Shown: positions 35,020-43,406 of the stretch, in pieces
Layout of the letters: every line of letters starts with the position of its first letter
Numbering within the stretch: the first letter of the stretch is position 1
Source: an uncultured Thermodesulfobacteriota bacterium
GTDB lineage: Bacteria; Desulfobacterota; GWC2-55-46; JADFVP01
Direction of reading: 5' to 3'
Assembly (NCBI GenBank): GCA_964474975.1
Contig: CAYYUX010000001.1
Location: 465-64,464 of the forward strand
Length of the DNA: 64,000 nt
Made by a program: the position numbers and the translations under genes
The notes under the pieces: model-generated
Seen by the model: only the letters and a program-made list of their open reading frames with translations
The model's database searches: none
What the model was told of the DNA's origin: nothing

Positions 35020-35673
35020 ATGCAGACAAATCCGGTAGGACTTAATGCCTTGGCCACAGGAGGCGGGGCCGCGGCAAAGAACACAACGGTATCATCAGAT
35101 ATGTTTCTTAATCTTCTTGTGACGCAGTTAAAGAATCAGGACCCCCTCTCTCCGACGGATAATACGGCCTTTGTCGCTCAGCTTGCACAGTTCAGCTCAC
35201 TTGAGGGCATAAATAACCTAAACGATAATTTTACCAATGTCTCAGGCTCCATGACCCAGCTCAATAACTACGGCGCTTCCGGGCTTATAGGAAAGAATGT
35301 AACTGTAAGCGGCAGTGCCTTCGGTTTTCAGGGCTCTCCCGTGCCTCTCGGCTACGAGCTTAACAACCCCGCTGATACTGTGACCTTAACGGTCTTTAAC
35401 AGTGAGGGTAAGGTCGTGGACAGCTTAAAAACGAGGAACGTGCCGGCTGGTACGCATGAGTTTATCTGGGACGGCCTTGATAGCGGCGGCTCAGCTTTGC
35501 CTGCGGGAGAGTATGGTTTCAGCGTTACTGCAGGAGACGGCTCCGGTAATGATACACCCCTTGATACCAACATAAGCGGCAGGGTTCAGGGAGTTAATTT
35601 CTTCGGCGATACGGCAAAAATCGTCATAGGAGGGACAATGTTTCCATCTGGCAACATTAAAGAGGTCTTTTAA
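35020..35673 (+). CDS. flgD: Flagellar hook capping/assembly protein FlgD
   Basis: N-terminal FlgD motif …DMFLNLLVTQLKNQDPLSPTDNTAFVAQLAQFSSLEG…; C-terminal Ig-like/FLgD_ig domain (…TVFNSEGKVVDSL…HEFIWDGLDSGG…PAGEYGFSV…). Confidence 0.85.
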   Translation: MQTNPVGLNALATGGGAAAKNTTVSSDMFLNLLVTQLKNQDPLSPTDNTAFVAQLAQFSSLEGINNLNDNFTNVSGSMTQLNNYGASGLIGKNVTVSGSAFGFQGSPVPLGYELNNPADTVTLTVFNSEGKVVDSLKTRNVPAGTHEFIWDGLDSGGSALPAGEYGFSVTAGDGSGNDTPLDTNISGRVQGVNFFGDTAKIVIGGTMFPSGNIKEVF

Positions 35674-35764
35674 TCGAATCTCCTGATAAGAGGAGGAATA
35701 GTCTTAAGAAGGCCATAATCCGAGCAGAGGGCAGATTGATTTAAAAATTTAAAGGAGGTTCACT

Positions 35765-37414
35765 GTGCAGACATCACTATTTACGGGTATAAGCGGCCTT
35801 AACGCAAACCTCGCAGAGTTATCCGTGGTTGGCAACAACATAGCCAACGTCAACACCGTTGGGTTTAAGGCGAGCAGGGCCATATTTTCGGATCTACTCA
35901 GTCAGACCCTTAACGCCGGAGGCAATCCCAAGCAGATAGGGCTCGGCGTGGATATGACGGGCGTGGAGCATCTCTTCAATCAGGGCGCCATGGAGACTAC
36001 GGGCAACGCCTTTGACCTTGCAATAAGCGGCGGTGGGTTCTTTGTCCTTCAGAACCCCTCGCTCAGTAAGCCGTCATACTCAAGGGCAGGCCAGTTTCAT
36101 ACGGATAAGGATAACTATCTCGTAAATCCCGACAACTTGAGGCTACAGGGTTTTATGGCAAACCCATCGGGGATACTCGGCAACACCGTAAAGGACATAC
36201 AACTTACGACTAATAACGTTTCTCCCAACGCTACATCAAAGATTGATCTCTCCGTAAACCTCGATTCCAACGCCCCTGTGACGGGTTATGTCTTCACCTC
36301 CGGCGTGAATGATTCATTTGTCTTTGATGTCGGGGGCGCGCCCATTACGGCGAGCCTTGTCACAGACGGCGGGCTTGCCACGGGCACGGCAAACGATGGA
36401 GGCGCCGTGGCGGCGGCGATAAAGTCGGCCCTTGAGGCCAAGAACGGCACAACTGATACCTATACAGTTGTTTATGACGGAAAGACGGGAAAGTTTACCG
36501 TAACCAATGATACGGGTAACGCCACTACCCTTGCCATTGACTGGTCAACAAGCACATCAGCGGCCCTGCTAGGTTTTAATGCCGTGGCATCAGGCCCTAT
36601 TACAGCAGGTTCATTTGATGTGAGTGATCTGGCCGGCGGCGCCTTTAGCCTTGCAAAGGCCGGCGAGACCTCAAATTTTTCCGCCCCTGTTACCATCTAT
36701 GATTCTCTGGGGAATTCCCATGTAATCACCACTTATTTCAGGAAGAATAGCATCGGCACCTCTGGCAATACATGGGACTGGTTCTCTGTCACCGACGCCG
36801 CTGACAGCACGACAGGCAACACCGAGATACAGGCCCGCGGGAGCATGGTCTTTGATACGAGCGGCGCCCTGTTTTCCGAGTCTGCCGTAACATATCCGAC
36901 AGGCGGTTTTGATTTTGCCGGCGGCGTCAATCAGAATCAGATTATTTCTTTTGATTTTGGAACAGGCACTACCGCCGGCGGCACGGGTACGGACGGCACT
37001 ACGCAGTACGGCGTTGGTTCTTCGCTATTGAGACTAAAGCAGGACGGCTTTGCCCCCGGCACCCTGCAGAGGCTTGATGTCGGCACGGACGGCATTATTA
37101 CAGGCGTATTTTCCAACGGGACAAACAGGACCATAGCGCGGCTCATGCTCGCTGATTTTCCAAATATCACGGGGCTTACCTCAGACGGCAGTGGCCTGTT
37201 TTCCGAGACTTCTGCATCGGGGCAGAGGCTTCTTAACGCCCCGGGAAGCGGCGGTGTAGGCGTGCTTAGGGCCTCTACGCTGGAGCTCTCAACAGTGGAC
37301 ATAGCACAGGAGTTTGTAAAGATGATTACGGCGCAGAGGGGTTTTCAGGCCAACTCCCGTATCATCACCACGACGGACGCTCTGCTTGCCGAACTCGTTA
37401 ACCTGAAGCGTTAA
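35765..37414 (+). CDS. flgE: Flagellar hook protein FlgE (GTG start)
   Basis: N-terminal rod/hook motif MQTSLFTGISGLNANLAELSVVGNNIANVNTVGFK and C-terminal …GFQANSRIITTTDALLAELVNLKR. Large Thr/Gly-rich variable central domain. RBS AAGGAGG upstream. Confidence 0.9.
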   Translation: MQTSLFTGISGLNANLAELSVVGNNIANVNTVGFKASRAIFSDLLSQTLNAGGNPKQIGLGVDMTGVEHLFNQGAMETTGNAFDLAISGGGFFVLQNPSLSKPSYSRAGQFHTDKDNYLVNPDNLRLQGFMANPSGILGNTVKDIQLTTNNVSPNATSKIDLSVNLDSNAPVTGYVFTSGVNDSFVFDVGGAPITASLVTDGGLATGTANDGGAVAAAIKSALEAKNGTTDTYTVVYDGKTGKFTVTNDTGNATTLAIDWSTSTSAALLGFNAVASGPITAGSFDVSDLAGGAFSLAKAGETSNFSAPVTIYDSLGNSHVITTYFRKNSIGTSGNTWDWFSVTDAADSTTGNTEIQARGSMVFDTSGALFSESAVTYPTGGFDFAGGVNQNQIISFDFGTGTTAGGTGTDGTTQYGVGSSLLRLKQDGFAPGTLQRLDVGTDGIITGVFSNGTNRTIARLMLADFPNITGLTSDGSGLFSETSASGQRLLNAPGSGGVGVLRASTLELSTVDIAQEFVKMITAQRGFQANSRIITTTDALLAELVNLKR

Positions 37415-37486
37415 TGAAATATTTTTCAGTGAAGCGATGAAAATAAATAGATGAAGACCGGGCGGTCCATTTTGCGCCCATTTCTC

Positions 37487-37529
37487 AAGAGGAGGTATGC
37501 CGGCCGAGGCATACCTCCTCTTTTTTTGC
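37487..37529 (+). terminator. Rho-independent terminator after flgE
   Basis: AGAGGAGGTATGC-cggccgag-GCATACCTCCTCT 13-bp perfect stem followed by TTTTTTT (37521-37528). Confidence 0.8.
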
Positions 37530-37652
37530 ATGGACAAGACAATGCGATGGAGGTGGCAATATTCTGACTTGCCGATAGACAGGGCTGGAGAGAGAAAGAG
37601 TTATGTCCCGCATATTGTCACGGAGGCGGGCGATGATTCATTGCCGCTTTAG

Positions 37653-37668
37653 TGGCACGGAGCTTGCA
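37653..37668 (+). promoter_or_regulatory. sigma-54 promoter for the fliL-fliM-fliN-fliOPQR-flhBA… operon
   Basis: TGGCACggagcTTGCA (37653-37668), exact consensus, about 45 bp upstream of the fliL ATG at 37715. It lies inside the tool's longer ORF 37652, arguing against that start. Confidence 0.65.
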
Positions 37669-37714
37669 CTTATTCCATGCGGAAGCTGAATCAAAAACCA
37701 ATAAGGAGACTACC

Positions 37715-38278
37715 ATGGCCGACGCGGCGGAAGAGAGTAAAGACGGACAGGGTGAGGTTAAAAAGAAAAAGAGCAAACTCATCCTTATTATCATCCCCCT
37801 TGTTATCATCCTCCTCGGCGGTGGCGGTTTTTTTGCCTATAAGACTTTTTTGGCCCCTTCAGGAGATGATGCGAATAATGCTGGTGAAGATGGCGCCAAA
37901 CACGTCAAAAATTCAAAGCACTCCAAACACGGCGAAAAATCCGGCCACGGTAAATCAGAGGGAGAGCAGGGTGACGGCCCGGCCTTTTTCAACCTCACGC
38001 CCTTTGTCGTGAATCTACAGGATAATATCGGCACACGTTACCTGAAGCTTACACTGAAGCTCGAGCTTGCAGACTCAGGCGCCGAGGAGGAGATAAAGGC
38101 TCAGCTCCCAAAGATAAAAGACGCACTTATAATCCTTCTCAGCAGTAAAAACTACGCCGAGATAGGCAGTGTCGAGGGGAAATACCGTCTGCGGGACGAG
38201 ATTCTAAAGAGGGTGAATAGATTTTTAGAGGATGAGCCTGTACTGGGCGTATATTTTACGGATTTTGTAATTCAGTAA
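37715..38278 (+). CDS. fliL: Flagellar basal body-associated protein FliL
   Basis: Lys-rich N-terminus, single TM (LILIIIPLVIILLGGGGFFAY), and periplasmic FliL domain (…FFNLTPFVVNLQD…RYLKLTLKLELADSGAEEEIKAQLPKIKDALIILLSSK…). RBS AAGGAG upstream. Confidence 0.8.
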   Translation: MADAAEESKDGQGEVKKKKSKLILIIIPLVIILLGGGGFFAYKTFLAPSGDDANNAGEDGAKHVKNSKHSKHGEKSGHGKSEGEQGDGPAFFNLTPFVVNLQDNIGTRYLKLTLKLELADSGAEEEIKAQLPKIKDALIILLSSKNYAEIGSVEGKYRLRDEILKRVNRFLEDEPVLGVYFTDFVIQ

Positions 38279-38286
38279 GAGGGAAG

Positions 38287-39288
38287 ATGGCGCAGGACCA
38301 GATACTTGATCAGGAAGAGGTAGACGCCCTTCTTCAGGGGCTCTCAGAGGGCAATATAGAGTCGGGCAAGAACTCTGCAGAGGCCGTTGACGGTGTTATC
38401 CCCTATGACTTCGTTGCCCAGAACAAGACCATAAGAGGGCGGATGCCCACCCTTGAGATGGTAAACGAGAAGTTCTGCAATCGTGTGCGCGGGCCGCTTC
38501 TGAGCATTATGAGAAAGGGTATTGAGATTGAGGCAAAGGGCATTGAGAGTGTGAAGTATGAGGAGTTTCTAAGAAACCTCACGCTCCCTTCGAGTATAAA
38601 TATCTTTACCCTGAGCCCCCTCAGGGGCCACGGCATACTGGTCATGGACCCGGCCCTTGTTTATCTCATAGTAGATAATTACTTCGGCGGCACCGGGAGG
38701 TTCTATACGCGTATTGAGGGCAGGGAATTTACCGTTGTTGAGCAGTCCGTAATAAAGAAGATTGTGGATGTGATATTAAAAACCCTCTCCGCCTCATGGA
38801 AGAGTATCTGCACTGTTGACTTCGAGTATGTGAAAAGCGAGATGAATCCGCACTTTGTAAATGTAATAGAGGCCGTTGAGATAATGATGGTCTCTACCTT
38901 TCATATGGAGATAGAGTCGTCTACGAATGACAATAAAAAGAACACCTTCTTTTTCTGCATACCCTATCTGAGTCTGGAGCCAATAAAGGAAAGTCTTTAC
39001 GGCAAATCGGGTAATGTTTCGGCAGACGCTGACAAGGGCTGGACTACGCGGCTGAGACAGCATGTCGAACACGTCCCCCTTTCAGTTGGCTCTGAGGTGG
39101 GCGTTACGAGCATAAAGCTCTCTGAGCTACAGAAGCTCAAGCTCGGCGATGTAATAGTCCTGGATAAGAAGACCGATGAACCCTTTGAGTTCAAGATAGA
39201 AGGGAACGCGATGTTTTTTGGCCGCCCCGGTCTCTCTTGCAACAACTATGCGCTGGAGATTCAATCTGTAATCAATAAAGGGGAGTGA
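38287..39288 (+). CDS. fliM: Flagellar motor switch protein FliM
   Basis: N-terminal CheY-P-binding motif (MAQDQILDQEEVDALLQG), middle CheC-like domain and C-terminal SpoA/FliN-like domain (…VGSEVGVTSIKLSELQKLKLGDVIVLDK…). Confidence 0.9.
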   Translation: MAQDQILDQEEVDALLQGLSEGNIESGKNSAEAVDGVIPYDFVAQNKTIRGRMPTLEMVNEKFCNRVRGPLLSIMRKGIEIEAKGIESVKYEEFLRNLTLPSSINIFTLSPLRGHGILVMDPALVYLIVDNYFGGTGRFYTRIEGREFTVVEQSVIKKIVDVILKTLSASWKSICTVDFEYVKSEMNPHFVNVIEAVEIMMVSTFHMEIESSTNDNKKNTFFFCIPYLSLEPIKESLYGKSGNVSADADKGWTTRLRQHVEHVPLSVGSEVGVTSIKLSELQKLKLGDVIVLDKKTDEPFEFKIEGNAMFFGRPGLSCNNYALEIQSVINKGE

Positions 39289-39289
39289 G

Positions 39290-39913
39290 ATGTCAGAGAG
39301 TAATGATAAAAATTCTGCGGAAGAGGAACAGGCCGCCATGGACGAGACTTCGGAAGATATTCCGGGGGAGGAGAGTAAAGCTGGAGGCGAAGATGGGGCT
39401 GAAGAGGCTCGGCCGGCCTCTGCTGAAGGGGCTGATGACGAGGCCACTGCAGGCGATGAAAAGGTAACAGAGGATGTATGGGCCGAGGCCATGAAAGAGG
39501 CCGAGGGCGGTAGTGATAGCGATGAGACGGTTACGGAAGATGCCTGGGCAGAGGCCATGGCCGAGGCGGCCCCTGCCGAGCAGGCGCAGGCCCCGCCCAT
39601 TGAGACTCAGCCCGCTGATTTCGCAGAGCTAAAGGGCTCTGTTACTGACTCGCTTGCAAGCATGGACATGATACTGGATATCCCCGTCACAGTATCCGTG
39701 GAGCTTGGCCGCTCCGTCATGCTTATAAAGGATATCCTGCAACTCGGTCAGGGCTCCGTAGTGGAGCTTGAGAAGATGGCCGGAGAGCCCATGGAAATAC
39801 TTGTAAACGGAAGGCTCGTGGCAAGGGGAGAGGTTGTCATGGTTAACGAGAAGTTCGGAGTTCGCCTTACGGATATCATAAGCCCTGCGGAGAGGGTAAA
39901 GAGGCTCGGCTGA
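39290..39913 (+). CDS. fliN: Flagellar motor switch protein FliN with acidic N-terminal extension
   Basis: C-terminal SpoA domain …MILDIPVTVSVELGRSVMLIKDILQLGQGSVVELEKMAGEPMEILVNGRLVARGEVVMVNEKFGVRLTDII…; N-terminal about 110 aa Glu/Asp/Ala-rich. Confidence 0.85.
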   Translation: MSESNDKNSAEEEQAAMDETSEDIPGEESKAGGEDGAEEARPASAEGADDEATAGDEKVTEDVWAEAMKEAEGGSDSDETVTEDAWAEAMAEAAPAEQAQAPPIETQPADFAELKGSVTDSLASMDMILDIPVTVSVELGRSVMLIKDILQLGQGSVVELEKMAGEPMEILVNGRLVARGEVVMVNEKFGVRLTDIISPAERVKRLG

Positions 39914-40284
39914 TGGAAGGATATTCATACATGCTTTTAAGGTCTATTTTGGCCCTTGGCCTTGTGGCGGTGCTTGTCGCAGGGGCTGTCTATGTACTTC
40001 GAGTGCTCTCGGGGCGGAGTGGCTCTGCCATGGGGTCTGCTCCCGTGAGCGTCACATCAAGGGCCTTTATTGGGCAGAAGAGCAGTATCGCAATAGTCGA
40101 TGTGGCAGGAGAGGTCCTTGTGCTCGGCGTCTCTCCCAACGCCATAAACCTCCTCCTTCGTATCGATGACCCTGAGACCCTTAAAACCCTTAGGCTCAGC
40201 CCCGCCAGAGGAGGGCTGAAGGGGCTTGGAAGGCTTATCAAGAGGACTCCTGTGAAAGTGATAAAGATGGAAAAGGGCAGTTGA
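39913..40284 (+). CDS. fliO: Flagellar biosynthesis protein FliO
   Basis: About 120 aa, single N-terminal TM (LLRSILALGLVAVLVAGAVYVL), position between fliN and fliP, start overlapping the fliN stop. Confidence 0.6.
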   Translation: MEGYSYMLLRSILALGLVAVLVAGAVYVLRVLSGRSGSAMGSAPVSVTSRAFIGQKSSIAIVDVAGEVLVLGVSPNAINLLLRIDDPETLKTLRLSPARGGLKGLGRLIKRTPVKVIKMEKGS

Positions 40285-40285
40285 C

Positions 40286-41074
40286 ATGGGCCGGCTAAAG
40301 AGTCTTGACAGTAGAAAAACTGCAAATATTACAGCCCTTTTAGGGGGAATAGTGATACTGCTTCTCGTTGTGCCTTCTATCTCTGCGGCCTCGTCGTTGA
40401 ATATGCCGTCAGTGAATCTATCCATAAAAGGTGGCACTGGCCCCGGAGGTCTCAGCGCCGCCGTAAGGATAATAATACTCCTTACGACCCTTGCCTTCGC
40501 CCCGGCAGTGCTGATTACCATGACCTCTTTTACTCGAATTGTCATCGTCTTGTCCCTTCTCCGTCAGGCACTTGGCGTTCAGCAGGTGCCGCCCAATCAG
40601 GTCATCATAGGCATGGCCTTATTTCTCACCTTTTTTGTCATGCGCCCGACCATTATGGATATAAACAAGGAGGCCGTAATCCCCTATAACAACGGAGAGA
40701 TATCCGAGACCGGCGCCATTACGCTGGCCGTGACTCCGCTACGCGCTTTCATGCTCCGCAACATCCGGTCTCATGACCTCGGGCTTTTTGTGAAGCTCGC
40801 GAAGGTATCCCCTGATGTTAAAAAGGCTGATATCCCCATATACGCCGTAATACCCGCTTTTATAACAAGCGAGCTGAAAACGGCCTTTCAGATAGGTTTT
40901 CTTATATACCTGCCATTTCTCGTTATAGACATGGTGGTGGCGAGTATTCTGATGAGCATGGGCATGATGATGCTCCCTCCGGTGATGATTTCCCTGCCCT
41001 TTAAGCTCATACTCTTTGTCCTTGTGGACGGCTGGTATCTGCTTATAGGGTCCCTTGTCCGGAGTTTTTCCTGA
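40286..41074 (+). CDS. fliP: Flagellar export apparatus protein FliP
   Basis: Signal-like N-terminus, conserved FliP core …MTSFTRIVIVLSLLRQALGVQQVPPNQVIIGMALFLTFFVM…GFLIYLPFLVIDMVVASILMSMGMMMLPP…. Confidence 0.9.
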   Translation: MGRLKSLDSRKTANITALLGGIVILLLVVPSISAASSLNMPSVNLSIKGGTGPGGLSAAVRIIILLTTLAFAPAVLITMTSFTRIVIVLSLLRQALGVQQVPPNQVIIGMALFLTFFVMRPTIMDINKEAVIPYNNGEISETGAITLAVTPLRAFMLRNIRSHDLGLFVKLAKVSPDVKKADIPIYAVIPAFITSELKTAFQIGFLIYLPFLVIDMVVASILMSMGMMMLPPVMISLPFKLILFVLVDGWYLLIGSLVRSFS

Positions 41075-41101
41075 ACTTAAGCGCGCCATTAAGGAGGCAT
41101 T

Positions 41102-41374
41102 ATGATAACCACGGAGTTTGTAGCCACAATGGGCATGGAGGCCATAAAGACGGTAATGTTTCTCTCCGCGCCCGTCTTTGTGGCCGGGCTTGTGGTGGGG
41201 CTTGTGGTAAGCATTTTTCAGGCCCTCACACAGATTCAGGAGATGACCCTTACCTTTGTGCCTAAGATTGTAGCTGTTTTTCTTGCCCTGCTCTTTTTCA
41301 TGCCCTGGATGATGAGGATTATGCTCGACTTTACAGGTAATATCCTTACAAATATTCCAACGTATATAAGGTAG
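41102..41374 (+). CDS. fliQ: Flagellar export apparatus protein FliQ
   Basis: About 90 aa two-TM protein, …AIKTVMFLSAPVFVAGLVVGLVVSIFQALTQIQEMTLTFVPKIVAVFLALLF… FliQ consensus. Confidence 0.9.
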   Translation: MITTEFVATMGMEAIKTVMFLSAPVFVAGLVVGLVVSIFQALTQIQEMTLTFVPKIVAVFLALLFFMPWMMRIMLDFTGNILTNIPTYIR

Positions 41375-41378
41375 CCCC

Positions 41379-42149
41379 ATGGACTTTATGGATATGCTCT
41401 TAAAATCAGCCCCTGCCTTTCTCTTCGTACTCGTGCGTACGGGCTCCATCATCTTCCTCTTTCCCTTTTACAGGTTTGTCTTCTTCCCCATGACCGTAAA
41501 GATAGCCCTTGTCGCCATGCTCTCCATTATCCTCGTGCCTCTTGTCGGGGCCGTACCACTGCCGACTGGGGTTTTGCCCCTTGCCCTTGGGCTTGGCAGA
41601 GAACTGCTCATAGGTTTTACCATAGGCCTTGCGACGAATTTTATCTTTACGGGCGTTGAGTTTGCAGGCCATATCATGGGGTATCAGATGGGCCTCGCCA
41701 TGGCCAATGTCTACGACCCCTCTCAGTCTGCTCAGGTCTCCATAATAGGACGGCTTCTCGGTCTCATGGCCATGCTTGCCTTTCTATCGGCAAACGGCCA
41801 TCTCCTTATAATAATGACCATAAAAAAGAGCTTTGATATTATCCCGCCTTACGGCTTTCATTTTTCTGAGGCCCTTGGAGAGGGAGTATTTGGTCTATCA
41901 CGGGAGATATTTGCCATCGGGCTTCGCCTCGCCGCTCCGGTTATGGCGGTAGTCTTTTTTCTTAATCTAACGTTGGGCATACTCTCAAAGGCGGTGCCGG
42001 AGCTTAATATGTTCGTCGTGGGCTTCGCCATAGTTATCGCCGCGGGGTTTTTTGTCCTCTTCCTGACACTGCCTATTCTTGAGGGCGGCATGGAGAAGGC
42101 CCTGGAAGTGATGTGGCAGAGCGTTTATGGACTGCTGAGGGTGATGTGA
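41379..42149 (+). CDS. fliR: Flagellar export apparatus protein FliR
   Basis: About 256 aa polytopic membrane protein with FliR blocks (…LLIGFTIGLATNFIFTGVEFAGHIMGYQMGLAMANVYDP…), following fliQ. Confidence 0.85.
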   Translation: MDFMDMLLKSAPAFLFVLVRTGSIIFLFPFYRFVFFPMTVKIALVAMLSIILVPLVGAVPLPTGVLPLALGLGRELLIGFTIGLATNFIFTGVEFAGHIMGYQMGLAMANVYDPSQSAQVSIIGRLLGLMAMLAFLSANGHLLIIMTIKKSFDIIPPYGFHFSEALGEGVFGLSREIFAIGLRLAAPVMAVVFFLNLTLGILSKAVPELNMFVVGFAIVIAAGFFVLFLTLPILEGGMEKALEVMWQSVYGLLRVM

Positions 42150-42150
42150 T

Positions 42151-43218
42151 ATGGCAGAAGACGGAGGGGAACGCACTGAACAGCCTACTTCGCGGCGGCG
42201 CGAGGAGGCGAAAAAAGACGGCAATGTCCTTGCGAGTAAAGAGGTTGCAACATTCTCTGTAATACTCGGTGGGTTTGTCATGCTTAGCCTCTTCGGCCTC
42301 TACATAACAAAGGGGCTCGCGGCCTTCATGGCAGAGTCTTTCCGTATGTCGTCATCGGCTGGAAAGGGTATGAACATCAGTGAGTTAATGATGATATTTA
42401 AGAAAAGTGCTTATGTTATATCACGCTCATTTCTACCGGTGCTTATATTGCCTGTTTTTATAGCCGCGGCCAATATACTCCTCCACGGCGTCGTCTTTTC
42501 CACTAAGCCCATGAGCCCGGACCTCGGCAAACTCAACCCCGGAAAGGGCCTTAAAAAGATGTTCTCCGTTGATTCCGTCTCTGAGCTTGTTAAGTCCTTC
42601 CTTAAGATAGGGATACTCTCATACGCCGCTATCTCTGTTCTCAGGGGCAGATGGAATGAGATAGCGGCTTTTTCAGATATGGGCATAGCTGGGCTCGCGG
42701 CGCAATCCTGGTCCATTACGCTCATTATCATCTCAAGGACGCTCTGGGTATTTGCCCTCCTCGCAGTAGCGGATTACATCTACCAGAAATGGCATTTTGA
42801 AAAGGGGCTGAGGATGACTAAAGAAGAGGTGAAAGAGGAGACAAAGACCACAGAGGGCGACCCCCTTATCAAATCGAGGCTCAGGAACGCGCAGAGGGAG
42901 ATGGCAAGGCGCAGGATGATGGAGGCAGTACCAGAGGCCGATGTCGTAGTGACAAACCCGACGCATATTGCCGTTGCCCTTAAATACGATAAGGATAAGG
43001 GCAACGCCCCTTATGTGGTGGCCAAGGGCATGGATCTTGTGGCCAGGAGGATAAAAGAGATAGCCATAAAACACGGCGTACCGGTAGTAGAGGATAAACC
43101 CCTTGCGAGAAGTATCTTCAGCGGTGTTGAGATTGGCCGCGAGATACCCGTGGAGCTTTACAGGGCCGTTGCAGGTCTGCTGGCATACGTATACAGGCTG
43201 AAAAACAAAGGGGCCTGA
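42151..43218 (+). CDS. flhB: Flagellar export switch protein FlhB
   Basis: MAEDGGERTEQPTSRRREEAKKDG N-terminus, four TM helices, and C-terminal autocleavage site NPTH (…VVVTNPTHIAVALKYD…). Confidence 0.9.
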   Translation: MAEDGGERTEQPTSRRREEAKKDGNVLASKEVATFSVILGGFVMLSLFGLYITKGLAAFMAESFRMSSSAGKGMNISELMMIFKKSAYVISRSFLPVLILPVFIAAANILLHGVVFSTKPMSPDLGKLNPGKGLKKMFSVDSVSELVKSFLKIGILSYAAISVLRGRWNEIAAFSDMGIAGLAAQSWSITLIIISRTLWVFALLAVADYIYQKWHFEKGLRMTKEEVKEETKTTEGDPLIKSRLRNAQREMARRRMMEAVPEADVVVTNPTHIAVALKYDKDKGNAPYVVAKGMDLVARRIKEIAIKHGVPVVEDKPLARSIFSGVEIGREIPVELYRAVAGLLAYVYRLKNKGA

Positions 43219-43250
43219 AAGGGGCCGGGAAAAAAGTTGAAGATGAGACA

Positions 43251-43353
43251 GGGGGATGGCAAGAGGGGGAATTACGGGGACGGGGAAAAGGATCTTGCAT
43301 CGGGTTTTCCGGTATAGAAACAAAAGACGGGGCAGGGGATGGCAAGAGGGGGA
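43251..43353 (+). repeat. Two direct copies of a purine-rich 19-20 bp element GGGGATGGCAAGAGGGGGA (43251-43270 and about 43335-43353) in the flhB-flhA intergenic region
   Basis: Direct sequence identity of the two copies, 85 bp apart. A third partial copy GGCAAGAGGGGGA occurs at 56526-56538 downstream of motB2; a related GGCAAGATGG occurs in the fliH-fliI GA-rich spacer. Confidence 0.5.
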
Positions 43354-43406
43354 CGCTCAATGTGCTGTAGCGGTGAAGTTATAAAACAAAGGGGTACATA
43401 CAGATA

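Noticed and set aside
37652-37714. Longer N-terminal extension of fliL from the tool's start at 37652
   Set aside because: A consensus sigma-54 promoter (37653-37668) lies inside the extension, and a strong RBS precedes the ATG at 37715. The extension is therefore not translated.
43200-43235. GGGGCC-tgaaa-GGGGCC after flhB considered as a terminator hairpin
   Set aside because: The two blocks are direct, not inverted, repeats. Only the internal GGCC is self-complementary, which gives a trivially short stem with no U-tract.
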